From the IMG/VR virus record IMGVR_UViG_3300025383_000009: a stretch of DNA of 64,000 nt; one strand, written 5' to 3'. Positions 7,033 through 15,971 of the stretch are shown here, piece after piece. The translations under genes and the position numbers were made by a program. Positions within the stretch are counted from its first letter, which is position 1, and every line of letters begins with the position of its first letter. The stretch is from a virus (lineage: Duplodnaviria; Caudoviricetes). The notes beneath the pieces are model-generated. The model made no database searches. It was not told the DNA's origin and saw nothing but the letters and a program-made list of their open reading frames with translations.

Positions 7033-7083
7033 TTTAGAACTCTCAGTTAAGAACTCTAAAGAGAGGAGGCATTGCGCCTCCTC
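7033..7083 (-). other. Two intergenic hairpins upstream of the DUF5664/gp45 operon
   Basis: GAGGAGGC-GCAAT-GCCTCCTC, then TTTAGAGTTCT-TAACTG-AGAGTTCTAAA, which pairs fully (with two G-U pairs) only as minus-strand RNA. Confidence 0.5.
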
Positions 7084-7109
7084 GAACTGACTTACTAGAG
7101 AATTGACTC

Positions 7110-7484
7110 TTAGAATGCTGAACCACCTAATACAGCATAAGCTGCAGCAATCATTTTACGGCTTGGTGTACCTAATCTGTAACGAGTAGTTGATTCACCA
7201 TTCCAAAGTGTAGAATTGTTTGCATAAACTGCATAACCCTTCATACGTAATTGACGAACTGCTTCATGCGGGTTAGCAAGACCAAATCGTGCAGTGATTT
7301 GTTTAGCAGTTACTGTTTTACCTGATTTAAGGTAATTGATTAATGATGTTGTTGCTGACATACTATTACTCCTTGAAATTGCGACGTTACGGGAAATGCT
7401 GATAAGATTGTCGCTTGTCTTACCGAATACTGTACCATTATACACTGGTTTTGAATTAAAGTTAAATAATTTTTTTAAGTTCAT
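7110..7484 (-). CDS. Winged-HTH-like DNA-binding protein (conserved in T4-like phages); likely start at 7361
   Basis: LINYLKSGKTVTAKQITARFGLANPHEAVRQLRMKGY...YRLGTPSR; RBS AAGGAG precedes MSATT. Confidence 0.65.
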   Translation of the reverse strand: MNLKKLFNFNSKPVYNGTVFGKTSDNLISISRNVAISRSNSMSATTSLINYLKSGKTVTAKQITARFGLANPHEAVRQLRMKGYAVYANNSTLWNGESTTRYRLGTPSRKMIAAAYAVLGGSAF

Positions 7485-7490
7485 AATATA

Positions 7491-7826
7491 TTATGGCTTT
7501 AGGCCATACTCCTTGATCACGTTATTTAATAATGGTGAGAACTTAGATAAGTCAATCACCGCTTCTACATTTCCACTGAGGTAATCCTCCATCTCCGATT
7601 CAGTGGGGACCGGAAATCCATAAACACTTTTCAACTTCTTATTCTCTGCTACTATAAGCCAATTAGGATAGCCTAACTTGGGACATCCATCTTCTCTGGC
7701 ATCGACCATAATCTTATGATAGTCTTTTATCTGAGTAAGATCTATAGTCTCATCAGAGTGATTGAAGCGATTCATCACCTCAATCACGTACATCTTTTGT
7801 GTTGGCTTTAGTTCTTTAAATTGCAT
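7491..7826 (-). CDS. Hypothetical protein
   Basis: Co-oriented ORF overlapping cobS. Confidence 0.55.
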   Translation of the reverse strand: MQFKELKPTQKMYVIEVMNRFNHSDETIDLTQIKDYHKIMVDAREDGCPKLGYPNWLIVAENKKLKSVYGFPVPTESEMEDYLSGNVEAVIDLSKFSPLLNNVIKEYGLKP

Positions 7827-9042
7827 CGTTTGTAACCGTAGTTGTTACTGTTTGGCTAGCTGTAGCTGCATTATAAGCATCTGATATAGTTGCATAAGCT
7901 GCAGCATCACTACTATTCACTGGATCATGTAACACTTCTGGTGCTGGGTTTGATATCTTATCAAATACATCCATGAATGCAGCTTTAGTTTGTGGATCGA
8001 AACGGTTACAACATAACTCGATCGCTTTCTCTTTCTTTTTGAAGATTGAGAATGCTCGTACGATATGAGTCATACGACGGGTTGTGATGGTCTCGTCTAC
8101 ACCACCGTCTTCGAATGTGCGACGGATAGCATCAGCCCATTTAATCAATGTGTCTGCAAAGTCTTGGTCCTCACAGTTATAATGCTTCATAAGGTTCTTA
8201 ACGATCTTCATCTCGACTGATGCATTAGGATACTCTTGTTCGAATGTCACTGCGAAACGCTCGAGGAATGCTTCGTTAAGTACGTTTGTGCCGATGTATC
8301 GGCCATCGTCTGAACCTTTACCCTTTGTGTTAGCTGTAGCAATGATGTTAAAGCCAGCAGCTGGAACTATAACCTCGTTCTTAAGCTTGAAGTAGTAAGG
8401 CTTGCCTTCGAGGATAGGCTGTAAACACAATAGTGTGTTAGCTGAACCAGCATCCACTTCGTCAAGCAATAATGTATAACCGTTACGTAGAGCAATCAAT
8501 ACTGGGCCTTCCACGATCTCCACGTTACCATTAATAAGTGTCTTAGCACCAATAAGTTGCTCTTCGTCAGACATCATGTTAAGGTTAACACGAATAAGTG
8601 GCTTACCAAATTTAGCGCAGATCTGCTCGATCATGGTTGACTTACCGTTACCCGTAGGGCCGGAAATATAAGATGGATAGAAAAGTCCAGCTTTGATGAT
8701 CATCTCGAGATCTGAATAGTTGCCAAATGGTACATAGTTTGGGTCCTTGGCTGGGATTAATGTCTCAGGTCTATCGAAGTTTACGATGGCTTGGCTTTCA
8801 ATTTTTACTGGGGTTTGAACCACTGAAAGCACTGGCTTTGGAATTACTGAAGGCACCTTCACGTTATAAACACCACGTGACACCTGACCAGCAATCATGA
8901 ACCAAGGCATAGTATCATAACCTAATGAATTTACCACTGTCATAAGATCGGTCTTACTGATCTCAGGGGTTTTAACTAGACCTGGATAGGTCTCGAATAG
9001 TTTAGCTTGAACTTCAAGCTTTTGTTCACTTTTATATCTCAT
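7816..9042 (-). CDS. cobS: CobS/MoxR-like AAA+ ATPase
   Basis: YISGPTGNGKST, LLLDEVDAG, ATANTKGKGSDDGRYIGTNVLNEAFLERF, typical of T4-like aquatic phages. Confidence 0.92.
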   Translation of the reverse strand: MRYKSEQKLEVQAKLFETYPGLVKTPEISKTDLMTVVNSLGYDTMPWFMIAGQVSRGVYNVKVPSVIPKPVLSVVQTPVKIESQAIVNFDRPETLIPAKDPNYVPFGNYSDLEMIIKAGLFYPSYISGPTGNGKSTMIEQICAKFGKPLIRVNLNMMSDEEQLIGAKTLINGNVEIVEGPVLIALRNGYTLLLDEVDAGSANTLLCLQPILEGKPYYFKLKNEVIVPAAGFNIIATANTKGKGSDDGRYIGTNVLNEAFLERFAVTFEQEYPNASVEMKIVKNLMKHYNCEDQDFADTLIKWADAIRRTFEDGGVDETITTRRMTHIVRAFSIFKKKEKAIELCCNRFDPQTKAAFMDVFDKISNPAPEVLHDPVNSSDAAAYATISDAYNAATASQTVTTTVTNDAI

Positions 9043-9075
9043 AATGTAGTCTCTCCGTTATCAATTAACAAAACC

Positions 9076-9104
9076 ATTATATACTGAATATGAATTAATG
9101 TACA
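9076..9104 (-). promoter_or_regulatory. Early promoter TGTACA-N17-TATAAT
   Basis: Exact spacing; upstream of cobS. Confidence 0.7.
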
Positions 9105-9162
9105 TAGGCCCTAAATATATGATTCCAATAGTCTTTTTCATAAGTTATTGATTTCATTAGCT

Positions 9163-11274
9163 TTATGCCACCAGCCCTATAAACTGATTAAGCAATATGC
9201 GACTGGTCTTCTTATTTGAGAGCATCTTGGTGAGCTCCCGGGCGATCCTGGATGCGCTTTCCTTTTTACCTATAGAAAGCTCTTTGTCATCCTCAATCTT
9301 AGCTCTGGATTCAGCCACTATGAAGAGCTCGTCCCGACCTGTATCCTTCATTGATGCAAAGCCATTCTTACGAAGATCTCTCTTCATGTCTTCGATACCC
9401 ATAGCTGAGATGTGTGAGCCATGACCATAATGAGCTACGAATGCATTGTGTAGATATCTGAACGTTGGTCGTGTGATGTAAAATCCTACAGTAGTGATAG
9501 CATGTCTATCCTTAATCATCTGTAAGAGTGACTTAGTTTGCTCTGCGTTCTCTGACATTGGATAGTTCTTACGAGTTACTGTATCAGATAAGAACGGCTT
9601 GACAGTAACATAGTCTTTGCCATTATAGTTTCGTTTCATCCTGATCTGATCAAATCCAGTTCTTAAGTACTCGCCTTCACCGTCAGTCAATGTGATGAGC
9701 GTCATCTTTTCTGTACCGTTCTTACTCTTAAATTCTGGGATGTAGTTGTATAACCATGCTAACGCAGAATTCAATGGAGTACCAGATGTTTTAAAGTTGT
9801 GAAGGTTATAGAATAACCTTGATAAAGTGATGGTGATCATCTTATTAAATTCTGATTGAGTCATCTTAGATGAGAATAACTCCATCATAGTAAGACCAAA
9901 CGTGTCAACTTCAGATTCACCTGCTGTCATCATACGGGTACCATCAGCGTTTCTGTACTTAGTATCAGACCAACCGTTTGTGAATGCAAATACTTGGAAT
10001 GGGATCTGAGCACCTCTACAAAACATTGCTAATGATACGACTTGCTCGATCGTTGGTCTTAACACATGATCCATTGAAGCTGACCAATCCAATAAGAATA
10101 TCATACCATGACTTTTACCGTTAGGGATAGACATCACTTGTTTGAATATGTCATCGTTTAGTTTATAAGCATAAAGCTTTTTACCATCCAATGAACCAGT
10201 CTTTGCGACCTTAGCACGTTTATAGTTTTGTGCTGACTTACGCATCTCGAATTCTTTTACTAAGTAGCTAACTACGTTCTTAGATGATGCTTTAAACTTC
10301 TCAGCGCGTTCTACGTCATCATCATTAATTACTGAAGCACCGCTAGCATTCCATTCTGCTTCATATTCTGCATGCTCTGCAAATACTTCTTTATAGGTAA
10401 CCATTGGATTGACCTTAAATTGTTTAGGGATAGTGATGTACTTGTATTCGATTGAAGTATCAGCTAATTCTTGAAGCTTCTTATCTAAGTTCTTTTCAGT
10501 TTGTGACTCTAACTGATCTTCGAGTGAGTCTTCAAGGTCTTGAAGCGGATCCGTTTTGGTTGATGGTGATGATTGCTCGTCTTCGATCTGATCAGTCTCT
10601 TCCTCATCTGCATCAAAGTCTTGCATCTGTGAATTACCTTGCTCTTCAGACTCTTCTTCTTCAAATTCTTCGTGATCGTCTGACAATGCTTTCATCTGTT
10701 CGATCTTGTCTTCCATAGCTTTCTTAGAATAGTCATAGATCTCTTTAGCTAACGCGATCACATCTTTACATGTCTCAGTCTCTTCAGCACGTCTTACGAA
10801 TGCTTTCTCTTCAGCATTAAAAGTAACACCGCATGAATAACCAGCTTTGAAATATAGGTTGATCTTATCGATGAGTAACATATCTTTGAAACCGTTAGCT
10901 ACACCAAAGAAGTCTCGATTATTAAGTTCTTTATAACCTAAGTTGAATGACTTACGAAGACCAGGATATCTGCGCTTCATAAGCTTCTCGATACGTACAT
11001 CCTCAAGCACGTTCATATAGCCTGAGAAGTGAGGGGTATCTTTATAAGGGTTTTTAGTTGAATACTCTTCAAGAGTAGTGTAAAGCGCGTGACCTACTTC
11101 ATGACCAACTAACATATCAATAAGATCGTTAGTCATGTCCTTCCATTGTGGAAGTCTTAGGACACGATTTTTGATGTCAAACGATGCTGTAGATACAGGT
11201 GCCTGTATAACAGTAAGGTTTTCGTTTGCTAATAATTTTGCTACTAAGTCAGTTTTTGTCATCAATCTCTCCAA
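9163..11274 (-). CDS. CobT-like metallopeptidase/VWA protein (partner of CobS)
   Basis: HEVGHALYT (HExxH), acidic linker, FLLDWSASM MIDAS motif, GTPLN, LTDGEG. Confidence 0.88.
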   Translation of the reverse strand: MERLMTKTDLVAKLLANENLTVIQAPVSTASFDIKNRVLRLPQWKDMTNDLIDMLVGHEVGHALYTTLEEYSTKNPYKDTPHFSGYMNVLEDVRIEKLMKRRYPGLRKSFNLGYKELNNRDFFGVANGFKDMLLIDKINLYFKAGYSCGVTFNAEEKAFVRRAEETETCKDVIALAKEIYDYSKKAMEDKIEQMKALSDDHEEFEEEESEEQGNSQMQDFDADEEETDQIEDEQSSPSTKTDPLQDLEDSLEDQLESQTEKNLDKKLQELADTSIEYKYITIPKQFKVNPMVTYKEVFAEHAEYEAEWNASGASVINDDDVERAEKFKASSKNVVSYLVKEFEMRKSAQNYKRAKVAKTGSLDGKKLYAYKLNDDIFKQVMSIPNGKSHGMIFLLDWSASMDHVLRPTIEQVVSLAMFCRGAQIPFQVFAFTNGWSDTKYRNADGTRMMTAGESEVDTFGLTMMELFSSKMTQSEFNKMITITLSRLFYNLHNFKTSGTPLNSALAWLYNYIPEFKSKNGTEKMTLITLTDGEGEYLRTGFDQIRMKRNYNGKDYVTVKPFLSDTVTRKNYPMSENAEQTKSLLQMIKDRHAITTVGFYITRPTFRYLHNAFVAHYGHGSHISAMGIEDMKRDLRKNGFASMKDTGRDELFIVAESRAKIEDDKELSIGKKESASRIARELTKMLSNKKTSRILLNQFIGLVA

Positions 11275-11285
11275 TTAATATAACC

Positions 11286-11314
11286 ATTATACTATAAGGG
11301 CTATTTAATGTACA
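11286..11314 (-). promoter_or_regulatory. Early promoter TGTACA-N17-TATAAT
   Basis: Exact spacing. Confidence 0.7.
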
Positions 11315-11363
11315 TAGCCCTTAAGTTATTGATTTATATAGATAATTATGTAAGTTATTGATT

Positions 11364-11519
11364 TTATTGAGGATTTAATTCATGAAGAGTAATTTGTTTT
11401 TGCTCAATTTGGGGGTTATTTTGTAAGAATTTTTTTAAGTTTTGCTCAGTAGTGAATAATTCGATAAATGTATGATTTGAATAGATGTCACGGGCATGTA
11501 AAATAAAAATGTTTGTCAT
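11364..11519 (-). CDS. 51-aa early protein MTNIFILHARDIYSNHTFIELFTTEQNLKKFLQNNPQIEQKQITLHELNPQ (absent from ORF track)
   Basis: RBS AAGGAG and a dedicated promoter at 11547-11575. Confidence 0.65.
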   Translation of the reverse strand: MTNIFILHARDIYSNHTFIELFTTEQNLKKFLQNNPQIEQKQITLHELNPQ

Positions 11520-11546
11520 ATTTAGATCTCCTTAATTAATAGAACC

Positions 11547-11575
11547 ATTATACCTAAAATGCTATTTAATGTACA
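11547..11575 (-). promoter_or_regulatory. Early promoter TGTACA-N17-TATAAT
   Basis: Exact spacing. Confidence 0.7.
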
Positions 11576-11626
11576 CATTTATTTTTAACACGCAGGACCA
11601 GGGATCCGGGATACCAGCATACACCC

Positions 11627-11655
11627 ATTATCTCACAAATATGATTTAATGTACA
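11627..11655 (-). promoter_or_regulatory. Early promoter TGTACA-N17-GATAAT
   Basis: Same family; no convincing ORF directly downstream. Confidence 0.5.
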
Positions 11656-11750
11656 TAGGCCCTCCCTCCATGTAAGGTACATTAACCTATCTAGTCAAAA
11701 AATGGGCTGTCCTGGGAGCTGCCGGGCACTTGTCTATATAAATCAATAAC

Positions 11751-13469
11751 TTAGGAGTTTGTGACTACGGAACTGAAATCGTTGGTCTTTTCAAAGCGGA
11801 TGTTATTCTTAAACTTATCAAGAAGCACATCACCTTTATGGGATATAACGAACACATTGGTGTTTTCACCCAACGTATCCATCACAGATAGGAAGTAATC
11901 AGTACCAGCCACATCAAGACTAGAATCAAATATCTCATCTAGTAATAGTAAGTTGGTGTTCACTGAGTTTTTCATCTTAGCGATCTGACGCCAAGTGAAT
12001 AAGATTGCGAGATCTATACGCATCTTTTCTCCTTCAGAGAACGAAGCATAAGTGAACTCGTCTCTAAACCTAGATTTAATCGATTCATTGAACGATTCAT
12101 CTAGTTCAAACTTAACAAAGAAGTCCATTGCGGACAGATACATGTTAATTAGTTTGTTCATTGCTGGTAGGTATTCACGTATGATAGTGGTCTTGATACC
12201 AGTATCCTTAAGCAGTACGCTGGAGATCTCTTGTAGTTGTTTCTCTTTCATGAGGTCTATCTTTACTTCATTCTTTGCTAATGCATCGTTAGCGAGTAAC
12301 TTGATCTTATCTTTCTCAGAATCAATATCACCTTGTACAGATAACTCGTTGATCTCTTTCTCGAGTTGTTGGTTTGCTTTGATAAGCATGTTCATACCAT
12401 TGATCTCTGTAGAGATAGAGATGTTTTTATCTTGTATTTGATTTAAGACGTCTTGTTTCTCTTGTAGGTCTACACTCAACTTAGTATAAGCTGAGTTCAG
12501 CGTATCCATGTTGGATGTGATCTGTTGTTTACTTTCAGTTATCTTACTAATGATCTTATCTTTATGTTCGTGCTGTATACCTTGCTCACACGATGGACAC
12601 GTCTCATTACTTGTAAAGAACTCGATATGCTCATCAACTTGTGTAAGCTTTTGTGATAGCTTATTCATGTTTGATTTACACATATCAATATTTTTATCTA
12701 CATCAGCTTTATCATGTAGTTTAGCATTCAACTGTTCGATGTCTTTGTTCATGAGATCTACTAGCTGAGTCTTATCATTTATCTCGTTGATGTTGGCATC
12801 GATCTTATTTCGTAGTATCTGTACGTTTTGATCTTTAGAGTTTTGTAATGAATCAATCAAGCTCTTCTGTGCTTTAGCTTGTTCGGTGATGATACGGATC
12901 TCAGTCTCTACGGCAGATAGCTCTTCTTTATTCTCTGCTATCTTTTCTTTGAGGATAGTATTCATCGTTGAGAATACCTTGATGTCAAGGATATCTTCGA
13001 TGACTTCACGTCTTTGCCATACAGGTAACTGCATGAACGGTACAAAGGAAGCAGATCCTAATATCACTACCTGGGTGAAGGTTTTATAATTAAGTTTTAG
13101 GATCTGCTGTTCGAGGACTTTTTGATAATCTTTTACGGCTGCATCTTGGTTGATGATCGTTCCGTTCTGATATATCTCAAAGATATTAGGTTTGATACCG
13201 CGTACTACTCTATATTGGATAGGACCAATGTCAAACTCAATCTCAACTACGCAGTTCTTTTGATTGATAGAGTTAACAAGTTGGTTCTTATTGATATCAC
13301 GAAATGGTTTATTGAACAGTGAGAAGGTAAGTGCATCAAGGATAGTGGACTTACCTTCACCGTTTTTCCCAACGATTAAGGTTGTTGAGTGACCGTTTAG
13401 TTCTACTTTGTTTGGGGAATTACCTGTTGAAAGAAAGTTTTTCCAATTCACTGACTTAAATATTATCAA
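11751..13469 (-). CDS. gp46: Recombination endonuclease subunit gp46 (SbcC/Rad50-like)
   Basis: WKNFLSTGN, GKNGEGKST, CPSC hook, FSEGEKMRIDLA, LLDEIFD. Confidence 0.97.
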   Translation of the reverse strand: MIIFKSVNWKNFLSTGNSPNKVELNGHSTTLIVGKNGEGKSTILDALTFSLFNKPFRDINKNQLVNSINQKNCVVEIEFDIGPIQYRVVRGIKPNIFEIYQNGTIINQDAAVKDYQKVLEQQILKLNYKTFTQVVILGSASFVPFMQLPVWQRREVIEDILDIKVFSTMNTILKEKIAENKEELSAVETEIRIITEQAKAQKSLIDSLQNSKDQNVQILRNKIDANINEINDKTQLVDLMNKDIEQLNAKLHDKADVDKNIDMCKSNMNKLSQKLTQVDEHIEFFTSNETCPSCEQGIQHEHKDKIISKITESKQQITSNMDTLNSAYTKLSVDLQEKQDVLNQIQDKNISISTEINGMNMLIKANQQLEKEINELSVQGDIDSEKDKIKLLANDALAKNEVKIDLMKEKQLQEISSVLLKDTGIKTTIIREYLPAMNKLINMYLSAMDFFVKFELDESFNESIKSRFRDEFTYASFSEGEKMRIDLAILFTWRQIAKMKNSVNTNLLLLDEIFDSSLDVAGTDYFLSVMDTLGENTNVFVISHKGDVLLDKFKNNIRFEKTNDFSSVVTNS

Positions 13470-14539
13470 ACAACCTCCTGATTGATTGCTTCAATGTATA
13501 AGGATTTTACAAAGGTTTTAATAGCTTCCTTATCTCCCTCCGTTTGGATGGAATCAATGTAATTACCAAGAATACTAACAGTATCTTCCAAATTAATTTC
13601 AGCGTCGATGGTGCCTTCATTGAACTCAGAAAGGTCTTCGATGATTTTGACTTCATATGGTTGTTGTTCGTATAGTGTGTTAACAAACCTATCAAACTTA
13701 TAGAGATCGGTTTTATTTATAACCACTAACTTAATGTATTTGTCCTTTATATCTATGGTTGTAAGATCGATTGGCTCTACATCCTTATCATTATACTCGA
13801 TCTTTTCATGTATAGTGAAAGGGTTTTGATGAAACTCTAACTGTCTTGTCTCTGTGTCGAATACTGAGAATCCTTTTGGATCACTAGCATCTTGCCATGT
13901 CATCTCGTATGGAGTGCCAACATACTCGATGTTTTCTTGCTTTGATCTTGTATGGTAGTGACCAGATAATACACGTTCATACTTTGCAAACATCTCATGA
14001 GATAGACCTTCTTCTGAGTGCATACCTCGGTACATCGGGAATCCTGCTATCTCAAAATGACCCAAGCAGAGATCAGATTTACTGCTATCAATAAACTCAA
14101 ATACATCATTCTCATTCTCCTTACAAATCCATGGTATAAGATCGATAGAAGCATTATCTTCGTGCATACGTGTAGGTTTATCGATCACTGTAATATTATC
14201 ATACTCACCAAGTATCAATGATTGTGCATTGACAGCTAGTGATTCTTTCCAAAATATATCGTGGTTACCTAATAGAGTTATTAGTTGGATGCCTCTTGTC
14301 TTTAGTTCATCAAAGAAGTATCGTTTACATTCAGCGAGTGTATTGAAGTTAACAAACTTACGACGGTCGAATAGATCACCTAATTGATAGATGACTTTGA
14401 TTTGATTTTGCTCCATGTATGGGAATAGGAAGTCTCTATAGAACTTCTCCATGTATGTATGGAACTTTAATGAATCACCTCTAACACCGAAGTGTGTATC
14501 GCCTAATACAACAAATTTACTCACCAAATTCATCCTCAA
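13466..14539 (-). CDS. gp47: Recombination endonuclease subunit gp47 (SbcD/Mre11-like)
   Basis: GDTHFG, LGDLFD, GNHD, GHFE, SGHYH phosphoesterase motifs. Confidence 0.97.
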   Translation of the reverse strand: MRMNLVSKFVVLGDTHFGVRGDSLKFHTYMEKFYRDFLFPYMEQNQIKVIYQLGDLFDRRKFVNFNTLAECKRYFFDELKTRGIQLITLLGNHDIFWKESLAVNAQSLILGEYDNITVIDKPTRMHEDNASIDLIPWICKENENDVFEFIDSSKSDLCLGHFEIAGFPMYRGMHSEEGLSHEMFAKYERVLSGHYHTRSKQENIEYVGTPYEMTWQDASDPKGFSVFDTETRQLEFHQNPFTIHEKIEYNDKDVEPIDLTTIDIKDKYIKLVVINKTDLYKFDRFVNTLYEQQPYEVKIIEDLSEFNEGTIDAEINLEDTVSILGNYIDSIQTEGDKEAIKTFVKSLYIEAINQEVV

Positions 14540-15092
14540 TAAAAGTGTCTAATGTAATAGTGTCGTCTTTTTTCTTTTTCTTCTTTTTCTTCATACGCTC
14601 TTCAAACCCTTCATCGAACGTACCATGTTGTTGCATAAACCCGATGTAGGAGTTTTGAAAATCTTCATCGTTATCTGAACCTTGTGTTTCAAAGGATTCT
14701 ACTGTTACGTCTCTAATTAGTTTACCACGGATATATGATTGTTTCTTTTCTTTTTCTATACGTCTAAGGAATGCATAGTAGATTATCTGTGTAAAGTAAC
14801 TGAAAGGATTAGATGATTTTTCAGGATCAAAGTTATCAAAGTACATGATACAGTTCTCGATGCCGTCTAGGATCATGTCATCTTTATAGGAATAGTTGAT
14901 GAAGTTTGGTCTATTAGCAAGCTTGGTAGCTATCTTAAGTATACACTCACCAAGGTAGTTTGATATCTGGGGTTTTGGATCTCCACATGCCTCTGCTTCA
15001 GCAACCTGCTTCTTATACTTCTTAACTGCTTCAAGGAAGTCTGGATTGTTTACGTAGTGGACTGGTTTTTTCTCAGCCATGATGTGTTTCAC
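14517..15092 (-). CDS. gp55: Late sigma factor gp55
   Basis: HYVNNPDFL, LANRPNFINYSYKDDMILDGIENC, NPFSYFTQIIYYAFLRRIEKEKKQ. Confidence 0.96.
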   Translation of the reverse strand: MKHIMAEKKPVHYVNNPDFLEAVKKYKKQVAEAEACGDPKPQISNYLGECILKIATKLANRPNFINYSYKDDMILDGIENCIMYFDNFDPEKSSNPFSYFTQIIYYAFLRRIEKEKKQSYIRGKLIRDVTVESFETQGSDNDEDFQNSYIGFMQQHGTFDEGFEERMKKKKKKKKDDTITLDTFIEDEFGE

Positions 15093-15112
15093 CTTTATTA
15101 ATAATTAAGACC

Positions 15113-15141
15113 ATTGTACTACATAGTTAGTATAAAGTAAA
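15113..15141 (-). promoter_or_regulatory. Early promoter TTTACT-N17-TACAAT upstream of gp55
   Basis: Exact spacing. Confidence 0.55.
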
Positions 15142-15147
15142 ATTATT

Positions 15148-15477
15148 TTATGCAGAGAATGATGAACCACACCCGCATTTAGATGTTGCGTTTGGATTTT
15201 TTATTGTGAATTGGGATGCGGCTAAAGTTGTTTCATATGCTATTTCAGATCCAGCTAAATACTGCATGCTCATAGCATCTACTAGTAACTTAACTTCATG
15301 CTGTTCTATGACAAAGTCGTCTTCATTTTGATTATCGTCAAATGTGAATCCATATTGAAATCCAGAACATCCTCCTCCTGATACGAATATACGTAGCATA
15401 AGGTTTGGAACATCCTCTTCTTTTAATAGGGCTTTGATCTTATCCGCTGCTGTTTGATCTATTGTTATTTGATCCAT
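15148..15477 (-). CDS. erpA: Iron-sulfur cluster insertion protein ErpA (IscA/HesB family)
   Basis: [45 protein letters not shown]. Confidence 0.93.
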   Translation of the reverse strand: MDQITIDQTAADKIKALLKEEDVPNLMLRIFVSGGGCSGFQYGFTFDDNQNEDDFVIEQHEVKLLVDAMSMQYLAGSEIAYETTLAASQFTIKNPNATSKCGCGSSFSA

Positions 15478-15539
15478 AAAAATAATTGTACATTAAATTG
15501 GCAAAGCTGTATTATAACTGTATGGGGTTTTTCAAGTGG

Positions 15540-15971
15540 TTAATGAATAGTTTTAGATGATTCTACTTGAATAGAGGGAAACTCTTCAAATTCTTCCATC
15601 CTATCTTTAAACATCGCCTGTAGTTTATCAGCTAGTTCTTGCATCTCGTTCGGGTTGTATGGTTCCGGAACTTGGGCGTTCATCGCGATGAAGTCATCGA
15701 TCGCACGGTTATACTCGGCTTCATATTTTGGATCAAGGTTCTTAATGAATATTATCTGGTTCTTTTGAAATGTATACTCATCATCTCCGGCAAAGTAAGT
15801 ATACGGAGACAATACAACGGATTCTGCAGGTCCATGGGACGTCATCCGTGGGACATGCTTTACTATCATAGGAAATAATACGCTTATCTCATAATCATCT
15901 TCTTTTATGAGATGAGTTACGAGTTCTTCGCCTGTAACCAACTTCATTACGATGTAACGATCGCCGATCAT
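15540..15971 (-). CDS. Conserved T4-like hypothetical protein (Sm-like) after uvsW
   Basis: IVMKLVTGEELV N-terminus; canonical position. Confidence 0.6.
   Translation of the reverse strand: MIGDRYIVMKLVTGEELVTHLIKEDDYEISVLFPMIVKHVPRMTSHGPAESVVLSPYTYFAGDDEYTFQKNQIIFIKNLDPKYEAEYNRAIDDFIAMNAQVPEPYNPNEMQELADKLQAMFKDRMEEFEEFPSIQVESSKTIH

Larger units (their letters stand above)
11322..11753. repeat. Perfect 21-bp inverted repeat (11322-11342 / 11733-11753)
   Basis: TAAGTTATTGATTTATATAGA and its exact reverse complement. The 14-bp core also occurs at 9141-9154 and 11351-11364. Confidence 0.85.
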
